From assembly GCA_032718475.1 (NCBI GenBank), contig JAUCBJ010006426.1, positions 13,498-77,497 of the forward strand: DNA of 64,000 bases. Reading direction: 5' to 3'. The position numbers and the translations under genes are program-made. This document shows positions 36,196 to 49,299 of this stretch, one piece after another. Positions within the stretch are counted from its first letter, which is position 1, and the number at the start of each line of letters is the position of its first letter. The stretch comes from Nemertoderma westbladi. Its lineage: Eukaryota > Animalia > Xenacoelomorpha. The notes under the pieces were generated by a model. The model was not told where the DNA came from. It searched no databases and saw nothing but the letters and a program-made list of their open reading frames with translations.

Positions 36196-37655
36196 ATCTG
36201 CTATCTGAGTTTATTAATATCAAATAAGTTTGTATTTAGGCGAGCGGGCGTCGCTGCCTACTTCTCTTTGCCCCCGGACAGTGGGATTCTCAGCGCCGAT
36301 GTACCGTCGTCGCGGTGTTTACGCCAACATGTAGCAACAGCACGACAACGATAACCGGCACAAGTCACTCCACTGTCCATCCCAAAGGCTTGGATCCACT
36401 TAGGTTCTTTCTATAGGAGAGTTGGGCTATTTTTACAATTGCGACTAGCTACTGTAAACATACTTTAGCAGTAACATTCACCTATAAACGCACAAATTCC
36501 ACACAACTGTCAACAACTGCACACACACAGGCCATTTGTCCGTTAGTCAGTGCCTTCCAGAATGTCACGTTATTACTGTGTATCCTTGGATACTAACAGT
36601 GTGCTATGTTCTCTATGCTATGCAATGGGACAAGCTTTCTATTGTTCTTTTAACTTGCTTCTAATTCTAGCGTGGGTGTTGCTATGGTGACATTATGGAA
36701 TGCTAGCGGTAGAATTAGGGTAATTCTCATGCATACAGATCTGGGATGCTATTTAATAATAATTCTTTAATTGTCAATATCCTCTTTATGCATGATTTTG
36801 TTAATTTTATCGGCTATTGACTATATGTTGGAGATTCTCGCACTCTAATACACTCAATAGGATGAATCTCCGCTCCCATGATCTATTAATTAATGGAATT
36901 TTGGGAATGTTATAAATTGTACAAAATGACAATTTATGAAATTCATTTAAAAATATGAATTTAAATTTATTCCCGTGAATTTTATTATTTGATGTTAAAA
37001 TTGACACAATTTGATTCCAGAGCAGGTCTGGGGACATAGGATCCTTAATTCTATGAAATTTGTCTTTTAAGAGTATCGGGAAGTGCTACGATATCTTAAT
37101 CGACTAGAATTACAGATGGTCAAAAGGTTTAACAGATTTATTTGCGTTTTACGCTACTGTTAGAGGGACATCACGCTACTATATGTATTATTTAATATAA
37201 GGTAGAAGAGCAATATCGCACGAAGCAATGTCAGTGTGAAGAGGCAAGTCGTTTCCAAGGTCTACCCAGAGCTTGGCTTAGCCGAGACACGAGGATCTGA
37301 ACTTTGCATTCCTAATACTCTGCCTACCGATAATACTTGAATATAGTAGTGGCTTTATTGTACTTTAATAAGTACGGACATTTCATCTTACTGTAGTCAC
37401 GTATTTATAATATGATACGGACAGTAAGGAAAGAGAAAAATTATTTCTCGCCGTCGCACTAAATATATATTATAAGTAATTACGTACGTAATAAACACTA
37501 ATATATTGCACTAATCTACTAAATAATCACTAAAATAACATTTTACTAAATAAAATTGAATAAAAACGATTATAATAAAGTACATAATAAAGTTCGCATA
37601 TAAAAATATAATAAAATAGATAAAACAATATAGTCATACACCCACTCCAGACGTA

Positions 37656-40600
37656 TTACGTGGGGGAGTCCCTAGATGTTTGAGGAATTAGGGAGGTGGT
37701 CGTGGGAAGAGTGTCTTGCCTTCCATAGTTCCCAGAGAGTTCTCTGTCTCTTTCCAGTAAACATAAACGACCAACTGGGCGATTGAGTTGTTGCGTCTCA
37801 AAGATGATGCCTGGCTTCTTGAAGTTACGCCGCATGACGATGAGTTCTACCGAGCGTATTAAACCATCATCTGAGATGTGTGTCTCGATGATACGACCTG
37901 TCTGCCACCGTTTACGTGGGAGGTCTGGATCTACAATAAGCACCATATCTCCGGCGCTGACGTTTTCTTGCTGCGCAAACCACTTAGTTCGAAGTTGTAG
38001 CGTGGGCAGATAATGTTTCTCGAAATGGTCAGCGAAACGACGGGATAGCAACTGCATAAGTTGCCAAGTTCGACGGCAGTATTCGTCTCCGTCGGCAATC
38101 TCCGATCGTGGGAGCATGGCTACAGGTTTCTTCAGTAGGAAGTGCGCGGGTGTTAGCGCTTCCAGGGAATCGGGACTCGATGAGACTGGCATAAGCGGTC
38201 TCTCGTTGAGATAGGCAGCGATTTCCTCCATTAACGTCCGCAAAAGTTCGTCGGTGAGATACGCGCGGCATGGCACTATAAAGTGAAATGCGGTTTTGAC
38301 ACTTCGAATTAATCTCTCCCAACTTCCTCCCCACCAAGGGGCGTCGGCAGCGTTGAAGGTCCAGCTAGACGCTGTTATCCTTAGCTGGTCGTCCACCTGT
38401 CTTTGGTTCCAGTCCTTCACGTAAGCCTGTATCTCGTTGTTGGCACCTATGAAGTTCGTTCCTTTATCCGATCTCATGGTATTACTCGTCCCGAAGCGAG
38501 CGATCTGTCGTCGTAAACTTAAGACGAAGCTGTTAGTAGATAGATCGTTCACCATATCGAGATGGATGGCTCTACAAGTCATGCACACGAAGATGACACA
38601 CCATCTCTTGACTATAGTCCTTGCACGATATACTTCAATAGGGCCAAATAAATCTACACCAGTATTAGTAAAAGGTGGTTCATAAAAGCTTACTCGTTCC
38701 CTAGGTAATTCTGCCTCTCACTGTGTTAAAGGCCTACTGAATGCTTTCCTACAGGGTATGCAGTTCCTAAGAACTTGGTTCAGAGCTCTACGGGGTTTAT
38801 CAAAATAATAGCGAGTTCGAATTTCGCTAAGAATTCGTTCTCTACCAGCATGATAAAGTTTACCGTGAACGTCTACAATCATCTTGATTTGTACTTCAAG
38901 ATTTCTAATAAGTATGGGGAATTTGATGTCAAAGGATAAGGGCGCATTGGTGAGTCTTCCTCCAACACGTATTAACCCATCTATCATTGTGCTCGAGAAT
39001 CGATCCCTTAAGCGCATCTGCGGATTTCTCAACAACAGGAAGTACTTTTCGGAATCCTCATAGCATTGCAGGAGTCTCAGTATCTGCTTATTTGTTTCTT
39101 CATGCTCCTGGTGACTAATTTTCTCTTTTAGAAAACGATCAGATATCTTATATTTGGGTAAATTCTTAATAACATGAACTTGTGCAGATGTCAATGGAGC
39201 GTGATCACTAGTGGTCTTCGTCCTGGAGTAGTGATGATGAAAACATCGTCTTAAATATATGACGGCTTTACAGAGCCGATTCCAGTAACTGTAATGATGC
39301 ATTGCTCTCTGCAGCATGGGTGAGATTCCTTGCGAGACGTCTGGTATTCCAGATTTCCAATCTTTATCTCTAATTTCCACAACAGACTTATTTGTGTTGA
39401 GGGATTGTGGATCCGAAGCATAATTCCCGGAAGTATGTAATACAGATAGATCGATAGTCGGTTTAAATAACTTCGATTTACTCGCCCGGGTTTTAGGTTT
39501 GACTGTCTCCACTCCCTTGGCTTGTCTAATCTCTGCCGTAGTAAGGTGAGGAGGCCATTCATCCTCTTCCTTGCTCAGGAAGTCGGGTCCATCCAACCAA
39601 TCTGGAGTATCTATCAGTTCCTGTGGAGTTGCTCCCCTGGAGGCGATATCGGCTGGATTAATCGTACCAGGGCAATGTCTCCATTGATCTATCTTTGTGC
39701 GACTAAGAATAATAGCTACTCGGTTAGTAACAAAAACGCTAAACTGACAGACTTCATTGGTTAGATACTCTAACACGAGTAAAGCGTCAGTCCAATAAAC
39801 CGTTTTCTCCAGTGGATAGTCGATTTGTTCCGTTACGTTCCGGCCGATGGCTGTAGCGTATAAAGCCGCCTTTAACTCCGCTCGAGGAACCTTTAACTTG
39901 TTGTTAATCAATGCCTTAGAGGTAACCAAGGCGACTTTGATTCCATCCGGAGTTTCGACTCGCAGATATGCTACTATACCTATTCCCATGTCGCTGGCGT
40001 CTCCAAACACATGGAGTTGATAGGAATACGTAGGAAGAACATGGCCAAAATATGCACGGGAAATTATAAAGTTCTCGATGGCAGGTAGAGAATCTTCCCA
40101 TTTCATCCATTTCTTTAACAATTCCCCTTTAAGCGGATCGTCCCATGAGTGGTTTTCAAGCCACATTTGTTGTACTAAACTCCGAGCAATCAATATAACT
40201 GGGCTAATAAATCCCAATGGGTCGAAATAAGTGCTCAGGATACTTAAACAAATCCGTTTGGTCCGAACTGGATTATCTCGCTGTTTTAACTGAAAAAACA
40301 GGATGTCTCTTTCAGTGTCCCACTTCAAGCCTAGCGTCTTGGTTTCAGGAAGATCGTCCTTTATTAAATCTAGGTCTTTCGCTCCGCGGTCTTCTACCGG
40401 TATGGCTTCCAGAAACTCACGGGAGTTGCTAGTGAATTTCGTCCGCCTCTTTTCAAACACTCTACCGTTCCTTTCGCGACAGCTATGGCTTCTTCTACTG
40501 ATGGAAGGGACCTTAAATTGTCGTCCATGTATATATTGCATTTTATGTTGTCTATCACTTCTTTGGAGAAGGAGTCTCGGTTATCATTCGCAGTGGTTCG

Positions 40601-42358
40601 CACCACGGAGCAGGCGTTGGAAGGGCTTGATATGATCCCAAAAGCCTGGATGGTCATCCAGTACTCTACCGGTTTCTGGTTGAGGTCTCCTTCAGGCCAC
40701 CACAGAAATCTCAGGCTGTCTCTATCTCTATCCAGCGCCTTGACTTGTAAGAACATTCCTTCTATATCAGAGGCGAACGCGATGGAATATTGTCTTAATC
40801 TTAATAGTATTCCCAACAAAGATTGGAGTAAGTTGGGTCCTGGTAACAACTCGGAATTAAGGGATTGGCCCATATATAGAGCGGAGCCATCAAATACGAC
40901 TCTTACTTCATGGGGTTTACCGGGTTTGGGAACGTAATGATGTGTTAAATAATACGTTCTCTCAGTCACTGGTGTTCCTTCCGGTACTCGCTCCGCGTAT
41001 CCCTTTGTTATAAATTTCTTCAGCTGAGTTTGGTACATTTCTTTCGCTGAAGCATTAGCTGTAAGTCGTCGATGTAATTGAGCGATTCTTTTCTCTGCTA
41101 AAGGTCTGTTATTTATAAATCTAGGTTCTCGTTTTCGAAATGGTAGGCCGATTTCATATCTACCTTGGTCTTTTAAAAAACGTGTAGTTGTTTCCTGGAT
41201 TTGCTTGGCTCTTTCTTCTTCTATCGATAGAGCCTTATCATATGAATTGGGTTCTACCAGTTCCTGAGTAAAGAATCGTATGGCTAGTTCGTCCCGAGTT
41301 CTAGCGTTGTAGCGCTCTATCTCATCGTTTAGTTCGTCATTGTAAGCGATGGGTTCCGATGGGTGAATCAGTTGACATAGGTTCACCTGACTTTTCCAAG
41401 TTTGGTTTTCTGTAAGTAGGTCGATTGTGTTCTCTTCATCGAAGAGTTGGTAGATGTCGTCATTATCTGAGGAGTATGGTGTTCCCTCAGTTAGTTCGTC
41501 CACCTCACTGCTCTCCACTTCCCAATCGTGTACTTGGTATGTTTGTTCTTGTGGCATTCTCTCTTCGAGAGTCCTGCGGGAAGGGCCAGTAAAGTACCAA
41601 CCTACTCTAGTTCTTACTGCATAGGTTTGCAGTGGCTGTGGTTGAGCAGGCCGTTTCTCCAATGTTTCGAGCGCCTCATGCGCGTTTTGGCCGATGAGTA
41701 TTGGCACTCCAGGATAATCTGTCTGGAATCGAGGTATCTTAAGATGTTGGATGCTCTGGTCCTCGTCCCAATCATAAAGGTCTGCTTGAGTAGTAGCGAA
41801 GTTCTTTATAGCCACCATTTTTACCGACCTTATACCTTGTGTTCCTAACTTATCCTGGGGGGTGGACAACACACCTACATAGTAATCTGCCGTTAAGGTC
41901 GATTTCCAAACCTGCATAATTCCTGACATATTCAATTTAGTCCGGAACTTGGGTTGTCCAGCAAAGATATCTTCGGCTAGTTCTTGATCGATGAATGTTC
42001 CTGTGCTGCCAGAGTCAAGGAGGGCGTTCACTATGTAACTTTTGTTAAGACCGTGAACTCTTACCTGCACTACAGGAAATTCTCTGATTCCTACGTTGGA
42101 AGTTGGAGCTTTCCAAGATGGTTGTTTGGCAAAAGTAGTTGGGGGAAACTCATTGTTGGTGTCCTTTTCATAAGTAAGTGCTCGATACACTGCGGTATTG
42201 ATTAGATAACAGGATTCGTTGGCGTCGGAGAATTCGTCAGTATAGAATCCTTCCATCTCAGACTCCTGATCAGTGTCGTTTACATCACTGAATTGGACAT
42301 GTAGTTCGGGCTCACTTACCTGGCTCGGGTTGTCTCGGTCGAACTCACTGTGTAACAA
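37656..42358 (-). pseudogene. pol: BEL/Pao pol (protease, RT, RNase H/Peptidase A17, integrase), disrupted by a frameshift and a stop
   Basis: ALLDSGS, VRVVFDGS, LNSELLPGPNL, DIEGMFLQV, YMDD, LHVFGDAS, NPADIASRG, GVDLFGP, SDKGTNF, PWWGGSWERL. Confidence 0.93.
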
Positions 42359-42359
42359 G

Positions 42360-45300
42360 ATGTGATGTTTCGCGCCACACTTTGCACACTTTATGTCGGA
42401 GTAACAGGTTCGCCGTTGGTGTCCTGGTCTGAGGCAATTATAGCATAACCGCTTGTCCTACACAACTGCACGTCTGTCTACAAGGGATTTCTTTAGAAAT
42501 TCAGCACACGCACTCAAACGGTGGGTCCCGTCGCACAGCGCACAGTTAGGTTTTATGTTACTCACTTTACCTTGGGTAACCTGATGCACTCTCGTTCTTT
42601 GTTCGGGCTTTCTTACGTGCATTCTGTTAGGGGACTGAGGAGGGGTCTTGGCAACCTGTTCTCTCCTATCGTTGGTTCGAGACTTGTATTTACTTACGTC
42701 TTTTGGGGTTTTGCTAACGTAGTAAGATCGGTCAGTGTCTTTCCCACTGTCTTCTTCTTGAGAAGCTTGGCTTTCGCCGTCGTCAGTGTAACACACCGGT
42801 GTTACTCTTCTCCTAGAAGCGGGTTTCTCACTTACCTTATTTTCCGATGTTTTCTCTCTGGACTGCTTGATGAGTTGTAATTTTACCTCACCATCTAAGA
42901 AGGACATGAGATCAGCCATGGTAGGGCTTCGTCGTTGTTGTTCATTCATGTACAACACTTTCTTGTCCCAACGCGTACATACTCCACCCTTTGGTAAAGT
43001 AGAGACTACGGCTCCAATAACCATTGAACTCTGATATTCATGAGACTTACCTAACCAGTCCAATTGTCTACAGATCTCTTGAATCTCATCGGAAAACTCT
43101 ATAATCCCGCTACTAAGGAAGTGTCGGGGGGCTACTAATTTTGCATACAAATACTTAGCTATGTTATCCTTATTACCATACCTGATGTTTAATGTATCCC
43201 ATACTTGTCTTAATCCTTCTGGATGTCCAATAAACTTTAACGCCATTAACTTGGGAGGTCCTTCCAAGCACTTGATGAGGAACCTAAGTTTCTCTCCGTT
43301 AGATAGTACAGAGTTCTGTATGCTGTCTTTGTAATATTCATTGAAAGGTAACCATTTCATCTCATCTCCATTGAATTTGACGATCTCTCCCACTTTGACC
43401 GCTTGGCGGGCTTCTGTTCTAGCCATCTGACGCGTAAAGCTTTCTTGGGCCATCGTGTTATTTAATATCGAATTATCGGTATATAAATTTCTCGGATCAT
43501 TGTCAGGTCTATAGGGGATATCATTAATAACAGGTCTATAATCACCCTTAATAGGGTTTGCTATAGGAGTTTCAACTTCACTAGCAGTATGCGGATGCGT
43601 GTAGGCTCCACACCTTGCGCATGTAATGCTTCAGACCTAACAGGTTGACACAATGTTACAGGGGGTATTGGTATGCCCTTTTGTATATTGACTAATTTGT
43701 CGCGTTCCAGTGCGATACTTTGCTGCACTTCTTGCAATTCTGCCCTACCTTCCCTTACTGTTCCCTTAAGCTGGTGGACAGTCTCCTGCATCTGTCCGAG
43801 CAGGAGATTCATCCCCCGCCGTCCCTCCTCTACCCACTCGACCGCCGAAGCGGGAGTCGCCAACATTGTAGCGGGCTGACGTGGGACGACGGGAGACAAA
43901 TCTTTGATTTCTCTCTCAGCTTTCAGGACAGGAATATTCTCATGGACTGTTCTACCGGGTACAGGCAGTGTAGTACTGTGTAAAGGGAACTTAGAGTTAA
44001 GCTCTGGAAGTACAGGGGTCTCTAGCACAGAAGTGACTTTGGGAACGACAGGCCTAATTATTTCAGGCTCATCAACTATTGTAGGGAGTCTTTTGACCCG
44101 AATAATTTGTTCTGTGGGTTCTGTATTGCCTAAGTCTGCGCTAGTTAATTGTCTTCTAACCGCCGGGGGTAAATCAGGCAATTTGTGACGGTGAGATGTT
44201 TTTCTACGCCTGCTTAGACGAGATATATTTCCTCCGCCTTCAGGATCGGTGGTTTCGCTTTCCTCAGAGGATGTGTATCCCTGGCGTTTGGGAGTAGATC
44301 TACTCCTCATCTGCATTTGCCTAGCAGTTAACTGTTTATTTATGCAGTCTTGCGTCTCTTGAAGATTTTCCAACTCCAGTTGTGTGGTCTCTTCAGACGC
44401 TCTCTGTTCTGCGTCTGCCAATGCCATTGCTGCTGCTGCTTTGGCTGCTTCCACTGTCGCTGCCGCTTTTGCTTCTGCCTCTTCCACTGCCGCTGCTGCC
44501 TTTGCCGCTGCTACTGCCTTTGCCGCTTCCACTGCCGCTGCCGCTTTTGCCTCTTCCACTGATGCTGCCGCTTTCGCCGCTGCTACTGCCTTTTTGTCCT
44601 CTATCCGCCTTCTCTTTACCTGTTCTTCTTGGACTCTAGCGAGGCGGAGTTTTTCATCAAATTCTGCTTGGTTAGCAGCTAACATTTCAGCATCGATTGA
44701 ATCTAACATACGCTGGGTTCCTTCACTATTGGGGGAAAGTCCAGACAGCCGTCTCCTCAACTCTTCGTCTCCTAGGAATCGCTGATAGTCGGACAGATAA
44801 ATGTCGATGGCGTCTCTCGTTCGTGGTTTCTCTGAGGTCTCTTCGCCTTCCACTTGAGAAAGGGTGGCATCGGTTGGTTCTTCATAAGTTAGTCTCTCAG
44901 ACAGCTGGGATTTCCACTGGTCCGTTTCTTGTACTTTGCGACCTACCCGCTGGAACCAAGTTTTGACAGCAACCTGCAGCGACGTGTCCTGTCTTCTTTT
45001 GGAAGTTTCCTCAAAAGCTGATAGGATTAGTCGAATGCGTAGGGTTCTTTCGCGTACTTGATATAGCAGTTCTTCCTGCTCTTGAGGTCCTTGGGGTTGT
45101 CGAAACAGTTGTTCTTCTAATCTCTCTAAGGAGCCGAAGAATCCCTGCACATATCCTGCTGCCGACCTCTTCCAAACAGCTGGATCCATCGTATCTTTAG
45201 CCACTCCCATCCTGTGTATATCTTCCCAAGTAGCCTCGGACAAATCTAACGGGAGTCCGGGTCCGGGAAAGTTCCATTGTGACTTGACAATAGACATCAA

Positions 45301-45768
45301 TTCTTCCCTGGCGTATCCCGCATAATCATCTTGGGTCGCTCGCTTATTTCTCGCCCAATCTGCTTGATGTTCCTCCACCGCAATCGATATAGTTGTTAGC
45401 ACTACGGCAGGAAGGGTGAGAAGGGGGTCCGAGTAGGCTTTAGCCGTCATCTGCACTCCGCGTTCGGGGGTCAGCTCTACAGTATCCGAACTACTGGAGC
45501 TATCGGATCGCTGGGAACAAGTTTCTTGACTAGGATGTTGCTGCTGTTGGACAGCTGCTTCCTGGTTCCGTTTGACTTGGGCCCGAGTGCCGATGATAGA
45601 CCTACGGTGTTGGATTAGCTTACGGTCTGATACTACTACTGTAGGGATGACCTTTCTTTCAGTAGGAGGTGAGCTGAACTCCTTTCTTAATCGCTCCACA
45701 CTCCTATCTGTGTCACAGATGGTTGTATCGATTAGACTGTCTGACAGGTTTTGCTGAGTGTCAGACAT
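42360..45768 (-). pseudogene. gag: BEL/Pao gag (coiled-coil N-terminus, DUF1759-like region, CCHC knuckles), frameshift near 43600
   Basis: KFNGDEMKWLPF, KLRFLIKCLEG, CALCDGTHRLSAC, CYNCLRPGH, CAKCGAKHH; the copy at 60-61 kb shows the two ORFs were one frame. Confidence 0.88.
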
Positions 45769-47094
45769 GTTTAGCTATACAGTTGAATGTCTACTGCTAT
45801 AGTTTTAGTTAAAGCAAGTCTAGTAATTCAGTATGACCGTTGGCCTAGTACCGTTAATTTATTACAGTATATTATAATACCGGTATACTTATGGTATATA
45901 TAAGTATTGTAAACTAGGTTTGTCACAGAGTACCGGTATATAAATTTAGCACAAATATATATAAATATATAATAGGCCTATCGTGAATACCGGTATACAG
46001 CTTACACTGATAGTATATATAAGTATAATTATGGACTAGAATTAATCACAGAATACCGGTATGATTTTAGCTCAAATTTATAGAAATAAATATAATAAGC
46101 CTATGGTAAATACCGGTATGTCAATTATTTTAAAATAATTGAATTTCTGAATATTTTAGGGTTACTTGGTTACTTTAACTTACTTTATTACCGTTATTTA
46201 AGCAGTAGTCCAACTGATATTGACCTAGTTGTTGTATGGCAGGCCTACTATTTATAAATCGTTTGAGTTGATTTATAATAGATATATACCCGTTTAAAAG
46301 GGTTTTGTCAATATTTGAAATAAATGTTATTATTTCTGGGGGAAGTCACTACACAGAAGCTGTGCGCTCTCAGTGAAGTGCTACCTATGGGACACTAAAA
46401 CAGATAATTCTAATTTACCTAAGTTACTTAATACTACAAATTACTTACGATACGGGTGAGATTAATTCTCTAATTAAACACAACAAAAAATTACGTATGA
46501 AATTTTTAGGGTAATTTTACAGGGAAACTACAAACCAGTCTAACAAAGGGTTAGAATTCTGGTTATTACAACGGACGGGGTACTACGGTATTTGAAATAA
46601 TAAGTAGTAGTAAATATATTGCACTGTCCAGATAGGAAAATACCACCGCCTGACGACCTATAGCCGTATCACTATAGGTACTACGTTATGTATCACGGAG
46701 TGTTCCTACCTAGAAGTTAATTACCGCGGACTACCAGATCCAACGTGCCTATTAACCACTTTACAACACAATACACTGCCTACACACTAATTACTTTCGG
46801 AAAGCACTGTACACTAAACCCTAAATTAGGTACAAGTACTGGTACTTGTATCATATAACCAGTAGTTAAATATACTTGAACAGTTAAAAGAACCACGGCA
46901 TCTGCTGGAGTGACCGAAGCACAAAGTCACCAGTCTTGTCCTACGCCAAGCAGCCCGTGTAGTACCGGGGTTAATTTAACTATAACGGTATGTGTAACAA
47001 GCACAATTACTGTAGGAATAAACTTGGGGACCTGAATGTTGCGAATAATCGCATAAACTCTGAATAATAAATATTACGCTACCCGTACAGAATA

Positions 47095-47640
47095 CTCAAA
47101 CAAATACAAACCAAAACGCTGGCAGACTACCACCAAGCCTAAATAAACTACTGTATGTGCAGATTCCAAAACGGTTAGTTAGTATGCGTTCTAACACGGT
47201 AGTACGACTTATTCTTTAAGAGGGGATTGACCTTACAGCTATGGCTGCCCCAACTTACTAACTGGCACTTTATCAGACAAACTCTACACACGCAGCAATC
47301 TCTTCAGACCTAATAATAGCTAGACAACAATCCAGCCTACAAAATATCTGAGTAATAACTATTACGGTACCTGAACAGACCACACAAACAAACACAGGCC
47401 AAAACGCTGGCAGAATACTGTCAAGCCTAAATAAACTACAGTATGTGCAGATTCCAAAATTGTTAGTTAGTATGCGTTCTAACACGGTAGTACGACTTAT
47501 TCTTTAAGAGGGGATTGACCTTACAGCTATGGCTGCCCCAACTTACTAACTGGCACTCTATCGGACAAACTCTACACACGCCGTAATCTCTCCAAACCCA
47601 ACAACAATCCGACAACAGTCCGGCCTACAATTATCTGAAC
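47095..47640. repeat. ~290-bp tandem duplication in the BEL 5' UTR (short gtaccggt repeats follow at 47810-47940)
   Basis: ccaaaacgctggcaga...aggggattgaccttacagctatggctgcccc occurs twice. Confidence 0.85.
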
Positions 47641-48001
47641 AATCTGAGCAGACTTACACGTCTTCAGCTCAATATTAACTTACTAGGAAATAAAACTGAC
47701 AGAAATAGACCTAAGTAAAATCCCAATAAAAACCAGGCGTCCCCGATTTAATATCGAGACCTACCGGTATACAATAATCAAATCGAATAATACTAATGTA
47801 CTTATACTGGAAGTACCGGTTAGGACAGTTGGGCCTACAGGCCTACAGAAGTACCGGTTCTGGCAGTTGGACCTACGGACCTACAGCAGTACCGGTTCTG
47901 GCAGTTGGGCCTACTGACCTACAGAAGTACCGGTTCAGGTTTACCGGTTGACCGGTACTTTCAACTTTATTGCTTACTGCAATAAAGTCAATAGCTGTTA
48001 T

Positions 48002-48625
48002 TGTACGCGCTTTTGAAGACCTTTAGCAGTTTAACCCGCCAAAATTTATATGTCTTTTGGTTTATAAATATACTTTAGAAGATGACAAATATTTAATACC
48101 AATAAACACAACATTAGCAGAAGCCAGCCTAGTGCGCGTCCATTCACCCGCTGGATATTCCCGGGAGACTGGATTCTGAGGGCTTAGATTATTATTGCAG
48201 TGTAAGCTTACTGTACTGTATTATTCGATTGATCGTTAATAATTAATTTCTGACTAATATTATTCACTTTCGGGAAATATTAACAGTTCCTTTAGGACGT
48301 GGCGCTCTATCTAAGTAAACAGAGATATGACTTATACTAATCACAACGGTAAGTTGGTAAGGCTTAAGATTCACGTATGAGGCGCATTCTTTAGGAAATG
48401 CTTAGTTATCAGTCACAATCAGGCACACTACCGGTAACATACAATACTGCTCACTAATTTGCCGACCGTCAATGAATTTTATCATATATAAAGAGAACAG
48501 CAACGAATCATGTAGGGCTTACCAAATAGCATTAAATTCACTACAAACCACAACAATATAAGTCGCAATCGCTATATATAACCCGTCTCTCTAACCTGTA
48601 GTGTATCAAGAAAATTGGGAAATTT
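48002..48625 (-). repeat. 5' LTR, truncated at its outer end
   Basis: Matches 31782-32405 (one mismatch noticed by eye), then switches abruptly to unrelated sequence. Confidence 0.9.
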
Positions 48626-49064
48626 TAAAAAATCTTACTCAATTTTAACATCAGAGGTGTTGAATTTATATGGAATATATGGGATCCAATCAATTCGTAT
48701 ACATAATGTTAAAGCCATGATTTCAGCCTACTATAAAGAGTTTCAAAGCCATCAAAAACATCCAGGAAGGAGTAAATTCTTGGATGACTGTGACACACCA
48801 ATATCTTTCAAGTCCAATAAACAGCCTAAATGGGTTCTGGAGAAGGATTTATTGTGGTATGAAAACCGACAAGCCAGTCTTGGTGGCAGTCTAGGCCCTG
48901 TTGACAAGGAGGCTTTGAAACGATCAAATAGGCAGAAATCTGAAGTCCATGGATCCATGACAAGTCCACTTTCACTTGGCGGCCGACATTTTTTTACCAA
49001 AACAATAAATGGAAGCTGGAATTTCAGGAATACAGCCCCGACTTTAAATGCAAAACAAATATAA
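48626..49064 (+). mobile_element. Possible DNA transposase N-terminal fragment (hATm-like?)
   Basis: LYGIYGIQSIRIHNVKAMI...KFLDDCDTP...DLLWYENR loosely resembles the N-termini of that family. Confidence 0.3.
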
Positions 49065-49299
49065 TTCCCTGCAAGGTTTTCGGGGTCGAGAAATCTATTT
49101 TTGACATTTTCATGGTCATATCACTTTGTTCTGTTGCCATGGTAATGGGATAATTTTCATCTCTAAAGCTACTATCAGTTGCCGAAACGCGACAACAGCG
49201 TAACAATGCTGATAATTCAGGAACTCAAACTGATCCCAGTACCGAGGAAGTTGTCTTTGTATTTGGGGACTACAACCTCCCCTGTATCATAAACTCATC

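Larger units (their letters stand above)
31782..48625 (-). mobile_element. BEL/Pao LTR retrotransposon (~17 kb) with extra 3' ORFs; 5' LTR truncated
   Basis: Direct repeats 31782-32405 and 48002-48625 are nearly identical; gag-PR-RT-RNaseH-IN order of BEL/Pao type. Confidence 0.92.
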
